63,270 nt of DNA from Calditrichia bacterium (GTDB lineage Bacteria; Calditrichota; Calditrichia; RBG-13-44-9): assembly GCA_037381445.1 (NCBI GenBank), contig JARRQT010000004.1:1-63270 (forward strand), in the 5' to 3' direction. Shown here in pieces: positions 45,248 to 55,489 of the stretch. Each line of letters opens with the position of its first letter. The stretch's first letter is position 1. The position numbers and the translations under genes are program-made. The notes below the pieces were generated by a model. It had not been told where the DNA came from and ran no database searches. It saw only the letters and a list, made by a program, of their open reading frames with translations.

Positions 45248-46150
45248 ATGAATTTTAACAGTTTTCTGCAGCAGGCAATAGAATGGTTGATTTCCAGCGG
45301 CCTGAGAATCATTCTGATTGTTATTCTGATGCTGATTGCTCTGCGATTGGCAAAAGTTGTTTCAAGGCGGGTCTTCGGTGTACTGCAAAAAAAGAAAGAG
45401 GACGAAGAGTTCAGAAAAAGGACTGATACGCTGAGTGCTGTGCTACGGTATGTGTTGAGCATCGTGATTATGCTGGTGGCACTAATTATGATCCTCGGCG
45501 TGTTCGGGGTGCAAATCGGACCCATACTTGCCGCTGCAGGTGTTGTTGGCGTGGCGGTAGGCTTTGGTGCGCAAAGTCTGGTGAAAGATGTCATCGGGGG
45601 ATTCTTTATTCTCCTGGAAGACCAGATCCGGGTTGGCGATGTGGTGCAGGTTGCCGGAAAAGGCGGTCAGGTTGAAAAGATCACGCTGCGCATGACAACG
45701 CTGCGGGACCTGGCGGGCAATGTTCAGTATATACCGAATGGGGAGATCAGCGTTGTGACTAACATGACCAAGGATTATTCCCGCTATGTTTTTGATATCG
45801 GAGTGGCTTACAGGGAGAATGTGGATGAAGTGATTGAACTGATTAAACAGATCGACGAAGAACTGCGCAATGATCCCGAGTTTAAGGATGATATCATCGA
45901 ACCGCTGGAGGTGCTGGGGCTGGATCAGTTTGCGGATTCGGCGGTTATTATCAAGGCCCGCACCACCACCAAACCCATCAAACAATGGCGAATCGGCCGC
46001 GAATTCAACCGGCGGATGAAAGTCCTTTTTGATGAGAAAAATATTGAAATTCCATTTCCCCATGTCACGCTGTATATGGGAGAAGACAAGAATGGTGATG
46101 CACCGCCTATGCATCTGAAAGTCAATAAAACCGAAGCAAATGCCTCCTGA
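45248..46150 (+). CDS. Mechanosensitive ion channel, MscS family (small)
   Basis: 300 aa with an AAGGAG RBS. Signature: AAAGVVGVAVGFGAQSLVKDVIGGFFILLEDQIRVGDVVQVAGKGGQVEKITLRMTTLRDLAGNVQYIPNGEI. Confidence 0.88.
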   Translation: MNFNSFLQQAIEWLISSGLRIILIVILMLIALRLAKVVSRRVFGVLQKKKEDEEFRKRTDTLSAVLRYVLSIVIMLVALIMILGVFGVQIGPILAAAGVVGVAVGFGAQSLVKDVIGGFFILLEDQIRVGDVVQVAGKGGQVEKITLRMTTLRDLAGNVQYIPNGEISVVTNMTKDYSRYVFDIGVAYRENVDEVIELIKQIDEELRNDPEFKDDIIEPLEVLGLDQFADSAVIIKARTTTKPIKQWRIGREFNRRMKVLFDEKNIEIPFPHVTLYMGEDKNGDAPPMHLKVNKTEANAS

Positions 46151-46615
46151 AATAATTTTGTGAAATTTTAATTATACTTCTTTTCTTCATCCCAATTCAG
46201 GGGACAAGAAAGACTTTAGTTTCGGCCCAGATTTCCGATAAGGTGAATTTTCCGCTTATTTTAGGCGGAATAAACCTAAAACAACAGACTCAAGTCAGCT
46301 TTCAAATTCATAATTTCTTCATAATTAATCTATACTTTTAAACGAAAGATATTGAAGGGTAGAAAAGCAAGGTGCAGACAAATTGACATGCGGAATCTGA
46401 ATTATCCATCTGCATTGGCCATGAATTTCGAAATGAAACGATATGGGCCATGATCGATTTAGCAACTGTAAATGCGCCCGCACAAAATTCCTGGTAAAAA
46501 TACAGATGTATTATATCCTTCTAAAAACGAATATCGGTGCAGTATCTGAAATGAATTCAGCGAACGATAGGGAGAAAAAGACTTTGAATAATCATAAACG
46601 GAGAGGAGAAGGGAC

Positions 46616-49054
46616 ATGAATCTCGAATTAACGGTTGAAGAATTGAAAAAACACATTAATCCCGACGACCTTGGAATTGAGACCACGGAAAGTCTGGCCC
46701 AACTCAGCGGAATCATCGGTCAAAAACGGGCGGTAAATGCGCTTCAGTTTGGGCTTCAGATTGACGGGCGGGGATATAATATTTACGTGGCCGGCCCTCC
46801 CGGAACCGGTAAAATGACATCAGTCCAGACATTCCTGGAAGAACTGGCCAGTCAGAAGGACACGCCACCGGACTGGATTTATGTAAATAATTTCCATGAC
46901 CCGTACAATCCCACTGCCATTCGATTGCCTGCAGGCACAGGGGTAAAATTTCAACAGGATATGGATCATTTGCTTGATCATATCCGGGGTGAGCTCCCGA
47001 AAATTTTTGAGAGCGAAGATTACACCGCGCAAAAAGAGGAAATTCTGAGTGACCTGAAACGAAGGCGGGATGCGGTCTCGAAGGAGATTAATGAAACGGC
47101 TGCCAGTGAAGGTTTTAACCTGCAGCCCACCCCGATGGGAATTGTGTTTGTCCCGCTGAAAAATGGCGAGCGGATGAGTGAAGAAGATTTTGAATCCTTA
47201 CCCGATTCTGAGAAGGAAGAGCTGGAGAAGCGGCGCGAGAAGCTTCAATCGGAGATGCAAACACTTTCCAAAAAAATGCGGAAAATCGAGCGGGAGGTGA
47301 TGGAAAAGGTTCGCGATCTGGACAAGAGGGTGGCGCTGAACTTGGTCGGCGGTATAATTGAAGATTTGATTGAAAAATACGAAGACTTTCCGGAGGTGGA
47401 AAATTACCTGAAGGATGTCCAGCAGGATGTTGTTGACAATGTTGATACTTTCAAGGCCCTCGATGGCAAAAGCGATGAGCAGGGTGCGGCGGAAAAATTT
47501 AATCCCCAGTTGCAGATGCTGCAAAAAATGACGCTTAAAAAATACAAAGTGAATGTTCTGGTTGATAACAGCAAGCAAAAAGGGGCGCCGGTCATTGTGG
47601 AATTTAATCCGACCTATAATAATCTTCTGGGGCGTATCGAGAAAGAAATGCAGATGGGTGCGCTGAATACTGACTTTACGATGATCAAGGCCGGATCGCT
47701 GCCCAGGGCCAATGGCGGATTTTTGGTACTGCCGGTGGAGGATGTTCTCACGAATCTATCCAGCTACGACGGCTTAAAACGAGCCCTGCGGAGTTGCGAG
47801 GTACAAATAGAGGAATTGGGCGAGCGGCTCGGATTCATGACCACCAAGAGTCTGAGACCGCAGCCCATTCCCGTAGATGTAAAGGTAGTCTTGGTCGGTC
47901 CGCCCATGATATACCGGTTGCTGCATGCCTATGATACTGAATTTTCCGAGCTGTTTAAAGTGAAAGCGGACTACGATACCCAGATGTCCCATGCAGAGGA
48001 GAATGTTAAAAACTTCCTCGGATTCATATCCACATATTGTCAAAAAGAAAAACTGAATCATCTGCACAAGACTGCCGCAGCCAAAATTCTGGAACATGCC
48101 TCCAGAATGGCTGAGGATCAGGACAAGATATCCACCGAGTTCGGAAATCTGGCTGACCTGATCCGTGAGGCCAATTACTGGGCTAGGCAGGACGGCCAGA
48201 ATCTGGTAAAAGGCGAACATGTGCAGAAAGCACTGGACGAAAAGATCTACCGGTCGAACCTCATTGAAGAACGCATACAGGAAATGATCGAACGGGGCGT
48301 TCTTTTAATTGATACGGAGGGGGCTGAAGTTGGCCAGGTAAATGGTCTGTCGGTGCTGGACATCGGCGATTACCAGTTTGGCAGACCCAGCAGGATCACT
48401 GCTACAGTAGGACCGGGACGCGGAAATATAATAGATATCGAGCGGGAAGTAAAACTGGGCGGGCCGATTCACAGCAAGGGAGTTCTCATTATCAGCGGAT
48501 TCCTGACCAAGACCTTTGCCCAGGGGCGGCCGTTGACGCTTTCTGCCCGCTTGGTTTTCGAACAGAGTTACCAGGGTGTGGAAGGAGACAGCGCTTCATC
48601 GACGGAACTTTATGCCATCCTCTCGGCACTTGCCAATGTGCCCATAAAACAGGGGATTGCAGTGACCGGTTCCGTTAACCAGCACGGGAATGTTCAGGCA
48701 ATTGGCGGCATCAATTACAAAATCGAAGGGTTCTTTGATGTCTGCAAAGTCAAAGGGCTGACCGGCGATCAGGGCATTATCATGCCGGAAAGTAATTTGA
48801 AAAACCTCATGCTGCGCGAAGATGTGATTGAGGCAGTGAAATCCAAGAAATTTCATATCTGGCCTGTAAAGACCATTGATGAGGGTATCGAAATACTGAC
48901 GGGAATTCCGGCCGGTGAACCGCAGGAAGATGGTACTTTTAGTAAGGATTCCATTAAAGAGCGTGTCCGCCTGCAATTATCGGAGTTTGCAGATGCCATC
49001 AAACAGATTTCGGAACCGGAGAAAAAATCAAATGGCGATCAGCAGGGAATATAA
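46616..49054 (+). CDS. Lon-like (LonC-type) protease: AAA+-like module with a long coiled-coil insertion plus an S16 protease domain
   Basis: Walker A is GPPGTGKMT. About 200 charged, helical residues follow. The protease domain is GPSRITATVGPG..KLGGPIHSKG..EGDSASSTELYAILSAL (Ser) ..GGINYKIEGFF (Lys). Confidence 0.85.
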   Translation: MNLELTVEELKKHINPDDLGIETTESLAQLSGIIGQKRAVNALQFGLQIDGRGYNIYVAGPPGTGKMTSVQTFLEELASQKDTPPDWIYVNNFHDPYNPTAIRLPAGTGVKFQQDMDHLLDHIRGELPKIFESEDYTAQKEEILSDLKRRRDAVSKEINETAASEGFNLQPTPMGIVFVPLKNGERMSEEDFESLPDSEKEELEKRREKLQSEMQTLSKKMRKIEREVMEKVRDLDKRVALNLVGGIIEDLIEKYEDFPEVENYLKDVQQDVVDNVDTFKALDGKSDEQGAAEKFNPQLQMLQKMTLKKYKVNVLVDNSKQKGAPVIVEFNPTYNNLLGRIEKEMQMGALNTDFTMIKAGSLPRANGGFLVLPVEDVLTNLSSYDGLKRALRSCEVQIEELGERLGFMTTKSLRPQPIPVDVKVVLVGPPMIYRLLHAYDTEFSELFKVKADYDTQMSHAEENVKNFLGFISTYCQKEKLNHLHKTAAAKILEHASRMAEDQDKISTEFGNLADLIREANYWARQDGQNLVKGEHVQKALDEKIYRSNLIEERIQEMIERGVLLIDTEGAEVGQVNGLSVLDIGDYQFGRPSRITATVGPGRGNIIDIEREVKLGGPIHSKGVLIISGFLTKTFAQGRPLTLSARLVFEQSYQGVEGDSASSTELYAILSALANVPIKQGIAVTGSVNQHGNVQAIGGINYKIEGFFDVCKVKGLTGDQGIIMPESNLKNLMLREDVIEAVKSKKFHIWPVKTIDEGIEILTGIPAGEPQEDGTFSKDSIKERVRLQLSEFADAIKQISEPEKKSNGDQQGI

Positions 49055-49210
49055 GCTCACTGGAGAGCATCAGATGGTCGTTTGGAAAAATCAATAAAAA
49101 TATGAATTTTGCAGCAAATATCTGATTCCATGAGAGAAAGAATGGTAGTGAAAAGAATCAAAAATATAAAAATGGAGATTTTAATAACAACGAATGAGGA
49201 GGTAATTGCA

Positions 49211-49585
49211 ATGCTAAGATTCAATATTACAAGATTATTGGATCAGAAAACACTCATGGGTCTGGTCTTTATCGCGCTGATTAGCGTGATTGCCTGCAGT
49301 AAACAGGAGCCCCCCGATGCCATTATCAAAATGGCTAAAGAGAGGACGCTGGCAATTATCGATAGCGTCCAGATAAATGAAGGAACGGTGGAATCGAAGC
49401 CCCAGTTGGTTGAAGAATATTTTGATAAAGACAGCAGCCGGTATGTGCTGAAATATTCCGTGGAAACTGTTTTCGGCTCGGCCCTCACGGATACCCCGAC
49501 CATTTACATTGAGAGGCGGAATAACCAGTGGCACTACATTTTTAAATATGATAGGTATCACGATGAAATTCTATCGACCCATTAA
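49211..49585 (+). CDS. Small lipoprotein, unknown function
   Basis: Internal ATG 49211 of the track ORF has a GAGGAGG RBS and yields MLRFNITRLLDQKTLMGLVFIALISVIA/C, which contains a lipobox. I recognise no family. Confidence 0.5.
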   Translation: MLRFNITRLLDQKTLMGLVFIALISVIACSKQEPPDAIIKMAKERTLAIIDSVQINEGTVESKPQLVEEYFDKDSSRYVLKYSVETVFGSALTDTPTIYIERRNNQWHYIFKYDRYHDEILSTH

Positions 49586-49670
49586 TTCATGCCACACCGT
49601 ATAAAGGTAAGGGGCAATTTCAATGAGGAGGAAACTATAGGCATTGTGCTAATAAAAAAGGATAAAAGTC

Positions 49671-51662
49671 ATGAATGAAAACAATAATAACATGCCCAGA
49701 CGGCCTCCGCAGAAACGGAAAGCACCCGGGAGTGGCAGTCCTTTTCAGGGAACCAGCATGTGGAAATATATCATCTGGTTCATATTGCTGTGGGTGATAT
49801 TCTCCTTCTTTTTCCGGGGGTTCGGAACGCAGCAAAGCACTAAAATTTCGTATACGAAATTCAAGCAGGAAGTCAAAAAAGGCAATGTTTCGGAGGTAAC
49901 ATTTCAGGGAGATGAGATTACCGGAAAATTCAAGAATAAATATATGGTGGTCACCAATTCCGGCAAGGATACCACATATTATAAAGATTTTGCGTCCATG
50001 AAGCCGGTGTACTCTGATCCCGAACTTACCAAAATTCTGGATGCCAGCAATGTGACGGTGAATGCAAAATCCCAGGGCAGTTCCTGGCTGCCTTATTTGT
50101 TAATCACCATTTTACCATGGATTTTGATATTCGGCTATTTCCTGTATATTCGGAAAAAGATGCAGGGCCAGATGAAAGGAATGGGGGGTGGTGCAGGCGG
50201 CCTCTTCGGAGTCGGAAAGTCCAAAGCCAAACGTTACCGTGAGTCAATTCATGGCGTGACCTACAATGATGTTGCCGGACTGGAAAGCGCAAAACAGGAC
50301 TTGCAGGAAATTATTGATTACTTGAAGGAGCCCCATAAATTTACCGCTCTGGGGGCGGATATTCCCAAAGGTGTGCTGTTGATGGGGCCTCCCGGAACCG
50401 GCAAAACGCTGCTGGCGAGGGCTACTGCAGGCGAGGCGAATGTGGCTTTTTACAGCATCAGCGGCTCGGAATTCATTGAAATGTTTGTCGGCGTGGGAGC
50501 TTCGCGGGTGCGCGATCTTTTCGATAATGCCAAAAAGGATGCCCCCTGTATCATTTTTATTGACGAAATTGATTCGGTAGGCCGGGTGAGAGGCTCCGGC
50601 ATGGGCGGCGGTAATGATGAACGTGAACAGACCCTGAACCAGATTCTGTCAGAAATGGATGGTTTTGAACCCAATGAATCGGTAGTGGTCATGGCTGCCA
50701 CCAACCGCCCGGATGTGCTGGATCCGGCACTAATCCGGCCCGGACGTTTTGACCGCCAGATCACCTTGGAAAGGCCTCAGAAGCAGGCCCGTGAAAAAAT
50801 CCTGCGCATTCATACGCGCGGAGTTCCCACCGATTCTAAAGTCGATTTGGAAAATATAGCCGCGCGAACCGTCGGTTTCTCCGGCGCGGAACTGAAAAAC
50901 CTGGTAAACGAAGCAGCCCTGCTGGCGGGCAGAAAGAACAAGAAAAGGGTTGATATGGAAGATTTTGAAGAGGCCCGCGACAAAATCCTGCTGGGCGCCG
51001 AACGGGAAGAAAAAATCGGGGACGAAGAAAAGAAGGTGATTGCCTATCATGAAGGCGGTCATGCCCTGGTTGCCAGACTCCTGCCGGATACTGATCCGCT
51101 GCAGAAGGTAACCATTATTCCCCGCGGTCGTGCACTGGGTGTTACGGAACAGGTGCCGGAAATCGATCGGCATAATTTCCGGCGGCGGTACCTGCTAAAC
51201 CGGATCTGTGTGATGCTGGGAGGACGGGCATCTGAAAAAATTGTGTTTAATGAATTAACGAACGGTGCTGCCAGCGACCTGAAACAGGTGACGGGTCTGG
51301 CGCGGAGAATGGTGTGTCAGTGGGGAATGAGCGATAAACTGGGACCGGTTTATTTCAGGCAGGGTGAAGAGCATCCCTTCCTGGGTCGAGAGCTGGCCGA
51401 GCAGAAGGATTTCAGTGAACATACTTCGCAAATAATCGACGAGGAAATTCAGCGGATTATTAACGAAATGGAGGAAAAGGCAGTCGATTTGCTGAAAAGC
51501 AACCGTGACAAGCTGGATGCCCTTGCAAATGCCCTTTTGGAGCATGAGACACTGGACAGAGAAGGAGTGGATAAGGCGCTCGGATTTGATTCAAAAGAAG
51601 TAACGAAACAGCAGAGTCCTGAAAAGGAATCGAAAAGAACTCAAAAAACAGAGAAGGTGTGA
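49671..51662 (+). CDS. ftsH: ATP-dependent zinc metalloprotease FtsH
   Basis: Two TM segments flank a periplasmic domain. Motifs: [17 protein letters not shown], the SRH region ([19 protein letters not shown]) and HEGGHALV. Confidence 0.97.
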   Translation: MNENNNNMPRRPPQKRKAPGSGSPFQGTSMWKYIIWFILLWVIFSFFFRGFGTQQSTKISYTKFKQEVKKGNVSEVTFQGDEITGKFKNKYMVVTNSGKDTTYYKDFASMKPVYSDPELTKILDASNVTVNAKSQGSSWLPYLLITILPWILIFGYFLYIRKKMQGQMKGMGGGAGGLFGVGKSKAKRYRESIHGVTYNDVAGLESAKQDLQEIIDYLKEPHKFTALGADIPKGVLLMGPPGTGKTLLARATAGEANVAFYSISGSEFIEMFVGVGASRVRDLFDNAKKDAPCIIFIDEIDSVGRVRGSGMGGGNDEREQTLNQILSEMDGFEPNESVVVMAATNRPDVLDPALIRPGRFDRQITLERPQKQAREKILRIHTRGVPTDSKVDLENIAARTVGFSGAELKNLVNEAALLAGRKNKKRVDMEDFEEARDKILLGAEREEKIGDEEKKVIAYHEGGHALVARLLPDTDPLQKVTIIPRGRALGVTEQVPEIDRHNFRRRYLLNRICVMLGGRASEKIVFNELTNGAASDLKQVTGLARRMVCQWGMSDKLGPVYFRQGEEHPFLGRELAEQKDFSEHTSQIIDEEIQRIINEMEEKAVDLLKSNRDKLDALANALLEHETLDREGVDKALGFDSKEVTKQQSPEKESKRTQKTEKV

Positions 51663-51844
51663 GGTGTTCCAATTGAGCGTGGAAGGGATGCCCAATTCAC
51701 AAAGAAAGGCTAAGGATATAATGCTCATTTAAATTGAATGAGGAATGAAAAAATCATAGATTCCGGCGCAAAAACGCCATAGTAGAATTACCTGTTGCTT
51801 TTCATGATCTATGATACAGATGAATTTTAAGGGAGGGGTTGAAC

Positions 51845-52414
51845 GTGCAGGTGCCATTGCAATTAACATTCAGAAATGTCAGAAAAACCGATTCAATCGA
51901 ATCGTTGATAAATGATAAAGTTGCCAAACTGGAAAAAGTCTGCGATTATATAAATAGCTGCCGGGTAGTTGTTGAAAAACCGCAAAAACATCAGTTATCC
52001 GGCAATCCTTTCCGGATCCGCATCAGCATGACCGTGCCGCCGGGGCACGAGATTGTAGTGGAGAGAAAATCCGGGGAAGGAGAGATGCATGATGTGCTGA
52101 CCAAGGTGATCCGGGATGCCTTTGATGCTGCAAACCGTCAGTTGAAGGAATTGATGGAGCGGCAGCGGCAGGATGTAAAGACCCATCCCGAGCAGCAGGC
52201 TAGCGCGGTGGTTTCAAAACTGTTCCCCAAAGAGGGCTATGGTTTCCTGCAAACTGTAGAAGGCCGGGAAATTTATTTCCATCGCAACAGTGTGATACAT
52301 AACGATTTCGACCGGCTGGAAATTGGAACGGGCGTGAGATTTGTGCAGGAAGTCGGTGAAAACGGCCTGCAGGCCACCACGGTTCAGATTGTGGACAAAC
52401 CCGGTTCCCGGTAG
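51845..52414 (+). CDS. HPF/RaiA (S30AE) ribosome-associated domain fused to a C-terminal cold-shock-like (CSD/OB) domain
   Basis: The track start is TTG 51839. GTG 51845 lies 6 nt after the GGGAGGGG RBS and gives MQVPLQLTFRNV, the usual HPF start. The N-half is LINDKVAKLEKVCDYINSCRVVVE...FRIRISMTVPPGHEIVV. The C-half AVVSKLFPKEGYGFLQTVEGREIYFHRNSV...VRFVQEVGENGLQATTVQI is CSD-like. Confidence 0.75.
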   Translation: MQVPLQLTFRNVRKTDSIESLINDKVAKLEKVCDYINSCRVVVEKPQKHQLSGNPFRIRISMTVPPGHEIVVERKSGEGEMHDVLTKVIRDAFDAANRQLKELMERQRQDVKTHPEQQASAVVSKLFPKEGYGFLQTVEGREIYFHRNSVIHNDFDRLEIGTGVRFVQEVGENGLQATTVQIVDKPGSR

Positions 52415-52498
52415 AAGTCGAGGTAAAAAAGTCGTTCTTTCTGATTAATGCATTCCATAACACACAGCAAAATTGACGCTGGCGGATCGCAGACGGCG

Positions 52499-52528
52499 GA
52501 AGCGCTATCAAAGCAGCGCTTCGTTTTT
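52499..52528 (+). terminator. Rho-independent terminator after the HPF-CSD gene
   Basis: GAAGCGCT (52499-52506) pairs with AGCGCTTC (52515-52522) in a perfect 8-bp stem. The loop is 8 nt and is followed by GTTTTT. Confidence 0.85.
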
Positions 52529-52693
52529 AAAGAAAGTTGACTCGAAGAATAGTAAGTCGGCTTTTTGTAAAAAAACTTTTTAGTAAAATAATTTTTTTCA
52601 AATTTAATAAAAACAGTTGCATATTTAAATTTATCAGTTGTTTGTTGATAGGACGTACCAGTTTTATCCCTCGTTCCCTTAAAGGAGAGACAA

Positions 52694-53323
52694 ATGGGTT
52701 TTCCCTTCATTCCGCGCCAAACCGTTGAAGTGCCGGAAATAAAATATAAAGACAAAATTGAACTTTCCCCTTCCCGAACGGCCCTGATAATTGTGGACAT
52801 GCAGAATGATTTTGTGAAACAGGGCGGCACGCTCGTGGTTCCCGCAGCAAGCGAAACAATACCACATATTCAAAAATTAATCCACTCTGCCCGGGAATCC
52901 GCTGTGCGCGTAATATATACGCAGGATACCCAGGTGGAAAATGATCCGGAATTTGATATCTGGCCGGAGCACTGCAAAAAAGGAACCTGGGGCTGGAATA
53001 TCATTGAGGAACTGCAGCCTGAACTGCAGGATTTGCTCTGCACCAAGAACCGCTACGACGGATTTTACGGCACCTGGCTTGACCATTTTTTGAGCCATAT
53101 CTGGAGAGTTAAGAACCTGGTCATTGTCGGCACGGTTTCCAATATTTGCGTTCTTCATACCGCCGCCTCGGCGGGTTTGAGATGGTTTCATGTGGCAATT
53201 CCGGCCAATGGAATATCCGCGCTCACCGAATTCGACCAGGCGCTGACACTGCATCAGGTATCATCCCTCTATAACGGAGATGTCGTGAAATCCGTGGATG
53301 ATATTTCATTTCCGGGAGGATAA
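52694..53323 (+). CDS. Isochorismatase-family cysteine hydrolase (nicotinamidase/pyrazinamidase-like)
   Basis: AAAGGAGAG RBS. ALIIVDMQNDFV..GGTLVVP and LVIVGTVSNICVLHTA contain the catalytic Asp and Cys motifs. Confidence 0.8.
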   Translation: MGFPFIPRQTVEVPEIKYKDKIELSPSRTALIIVDMQNDFVKQGGTLVVPAASETIPHIQKLIHSARESAVRVIYTQDTQVENDPEFDIWPEHCKKGTWGWNIIEELQPELQDLLCTKNRYDGFYGTWLDHFLSHIWRVKNLVIVGTVSNICVLHTAASAGLRWFHVAIPANGISALTEFDQALTLHQVSSLYNGDVVKSVDDISFPGG

Positions 53324-53371
53324 TTATGGTTTACGGAAGATTGAATAAAAAGATAAAAAAGGAGCTGCCTT

Positions 53372-55393
53372 ATGAAAGATCTTGAAAATATGCCGATTGA
53401 AGAATTAGCAATTAACACCATACGAACATTGTCCATGGATGCAGTTCAGAAAGCCAATTCCGGACATCCCGGCACGCCGATGGCGCTGGCGCCGCTGGCA
53501 TACGTGCTGTGGAAGCGCTTTTTGCATTTCAATCCCAGGAATCCGGACTGGTTTAACCGGGACCGATTTGTGCTCTCCAATGGACACGCCTCCATGCTCC
53601 AGTATTCCATGCTCTTTTTAACCGGGTATGATGTTTCTCTGGATGATCTGAAAAATTTCCGGCAGTGGGGAAGCATCACGCCCGGTCATCCGGAATACGG
53701 CCTTACGCCGGGCATTGAAACAACCACAGGTCCGCTGGGCCAGGGCATTATGAATGCACTGGGAATGGCGATTGCCGAAGCCCATCTGGCGGCGGTTTTC
53801 AACCGGGATGATTACAAAATTGTGGACCATTGCACCTATGCTTTCTGCAGCGACGGCGATTTCATGGAAGGCGCTTCCAACGAAGCCTCTTCGCTGGCGG
53901 GACATCTGGGGCTGGGAAAATTGATATATATTTATGATGATAATCACATCAGCATCGAGGGTCATACGGAAATCACTTATTCCGATGATGTGAAAAAACG
54001 CTTCGAGGGATATCACTGGCATGTGCAGGATATCGGGGAGAAGGCCAATGATCTGGATGCGCTGACAAAGGCGATTCAGAATGCAAAGGATGAAAAAGAG
54101 CGGCCTTCCCTGATTATCGTCCGCTCCCACATTGGCTATGGCGCTCCCAATAAGCAGGACACCCCGGAGGCCCATGGTTCGCCTCTGGGAGAGGATGAAG
54201 TGAAACTGACTAAAAAGGCCTACGGCTGGCCTGAAGATGAACATTTCCTGGTTCCCGAAAAGGCACTCAGGCACATGCGGGAAGCTGTGGAACAGGGCGC
54301 CAAATGGGAACAGGAATGGAATAAAAAACATGAGGAGTATAAACGGAAATATCCCGACCTTGCGGGGAAATTTGAAGCGGCGTTGAAAGGGGACCTGCCC
54401 TCCGGTTGGGACAGTGATATTCCGGTATTCAAGCCGTCGAACGGGCCCATGGCGACGCGGAACGCTTCTCATACGGTAATCAACGGTTTTGCCAACAAGC
54501 TGCCCTGGGTCATGGGCGGCAGTGGTGACCTGGCGCCCTCCACCAAAACGCTGATCGCAGACTCGGATTATTTCCAAAAGGGACAATATCAGAACCGGAA
54601 TATTGCTTGGGGAGTGCGGGAGCTGAACATGTGCGCTGCTACCTCGGGCCTTGCGCTTCATGGGGGCATCCGGCCCTTCGCCTCTACCTTTTTTATCTTT
54701 ACCGATTATGCACGCCCTGCAATCCGGCTGGCGGCCCTCATGGAACTGTCGGTGATTTATGTAATGACCCATGACTCCATTGGCCTGGGAGAAGACGGGC
54801 CGACCCATCAGCCGGTGGAACACCTGGCGTCTCTCCGCGCCATGCCTCATATGTATGTCGTACGTCCGGCGGACGCCAATGAAACCGCCTGGGCGTGGCG
54901 GGCGGCATTACAGCGCAGAGACGGGCCCACCATGCTGGTGCTTACCCGTCAAAAACTCCCTGTTTTCGATTCCGCAAAAGTTGCCCCGGCCAGAGGCGTT
55001 TTGAAGGGCGCTTATGTCATTTCAGCCGAGAAGGGGAATTCGCCTGATATTATTCTGATGGCTTCGGGTTCGGAAGTCCAGTTAATTTTGGAAGCGCAGG
55101 AAAAATTGTCCGCGGAAGGGATCGATGCCCGCTGCGTCAGCATGGCCAGTTGGGAATTCTTTAAAGACCAGCCGAAAAGTTACCGGCAGGAAGTCCTACC
55201 TTCCCCGGTAAAAGCCCGCCTGGCGGTGGAAGCCGGCGCATCTTTTGGCTGGTGTGAATGGGTCGGTGATACCGGAGAGGTCATCGGCGTCGATAAATTC
55301 GGCGCCAGCGCCCCCTATAAAGAAAATTTTAAACATTATGGATTGACGGTTGATAATATTATCGCAAAAGCAAAAAAACTTCTGCAAAAATAA
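53372..55393 (+). CDS. tkt: Transketolase
   Basis: 673 aa. [47 protein letters not shown] and [16 protein letters not shown]. Confidence 0.97.
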   Translation: MKDLENMPIEELAINTIRTLSMDAVQKANSGHPGTPMALAPLAYVLWKRFLHFNPRNPDWFNRDRFVLSNGHASMLQYSMLFLTGYDVSLDDLKNFRQWGSITPGHPEYGLTPGIETTTGPLGQGIMNALGMAIAEAHLAAVFNRDDYKIVDHCTYAFCSDGDFMEGASNEASSLAGHLGLGKLIYIYDDNHISIEGHTEITYSDDVKKRFEGYHWHVQDIGEKANDLDALTKAIQNAKDEKERPSLIIVRSHIGYGAPNKQDTPEAHGSPLGEDEVKLTKKAYGWPEDEHFLVPEKALRHMREAVEQGAKWEQEWNKKHEEYKRKYPDLAGKFEAALKGDLPSGWDSDIPVFKPSNGPMATRNASHTVINGFANKLPWVMGGSGDLAPSTKTLIADSDYFQKGQYQNRNIAWGVRELNMCAATSGLALHGGIRPFASTFFIFTDYARPAIRLAALMELSVIYVMTHDSIGLGEDGPTHQPVEHLASLRAMPHMYVVRPADANETAWAWRAALQRRDGPTMLVLTRQKLPVFDSAKVAPARGVLKGAYVISAEKGNSPDIILMASGSEVQLILEAQEKLSAEGIDARCVSMASWEFFKDQPKSYRQEVLPSPVKARLAVEAGASFGWCEWVGDTGEVIGVDKFGASAPYKENFKHYGLTVDNIIAKAKKLLQK

Positions 55394-55489
55394 AATCGAC
55401 TGCCCGCGCCGGATTCTGCACCGGCTGCTGGACAGCGGTGGTCAGAGCATCATGCTCGTTCTAAATAAAGAATATGAAGGAGGGAACAA

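Noticed and set aside
53618-54850. Very long antisense ORFs opposite well-supported genes. Examples are 53618..54850 (410 aa, opposite tkt), 57245..58279 (344 aa, opposite tal-pgi), 4453..5349, 29186..30064, 28010..28849, 42275..43183, 40456..41304, 24228..25007 and 33936..34667.
   Set aside because: Each lies fully inside a gene with a strong family match on the other strand. Their translations are low-complexity (rich in R, G, P and H) with no recognisable motifs, RBSs or independent boundaries. They are typical shadow ORFs.
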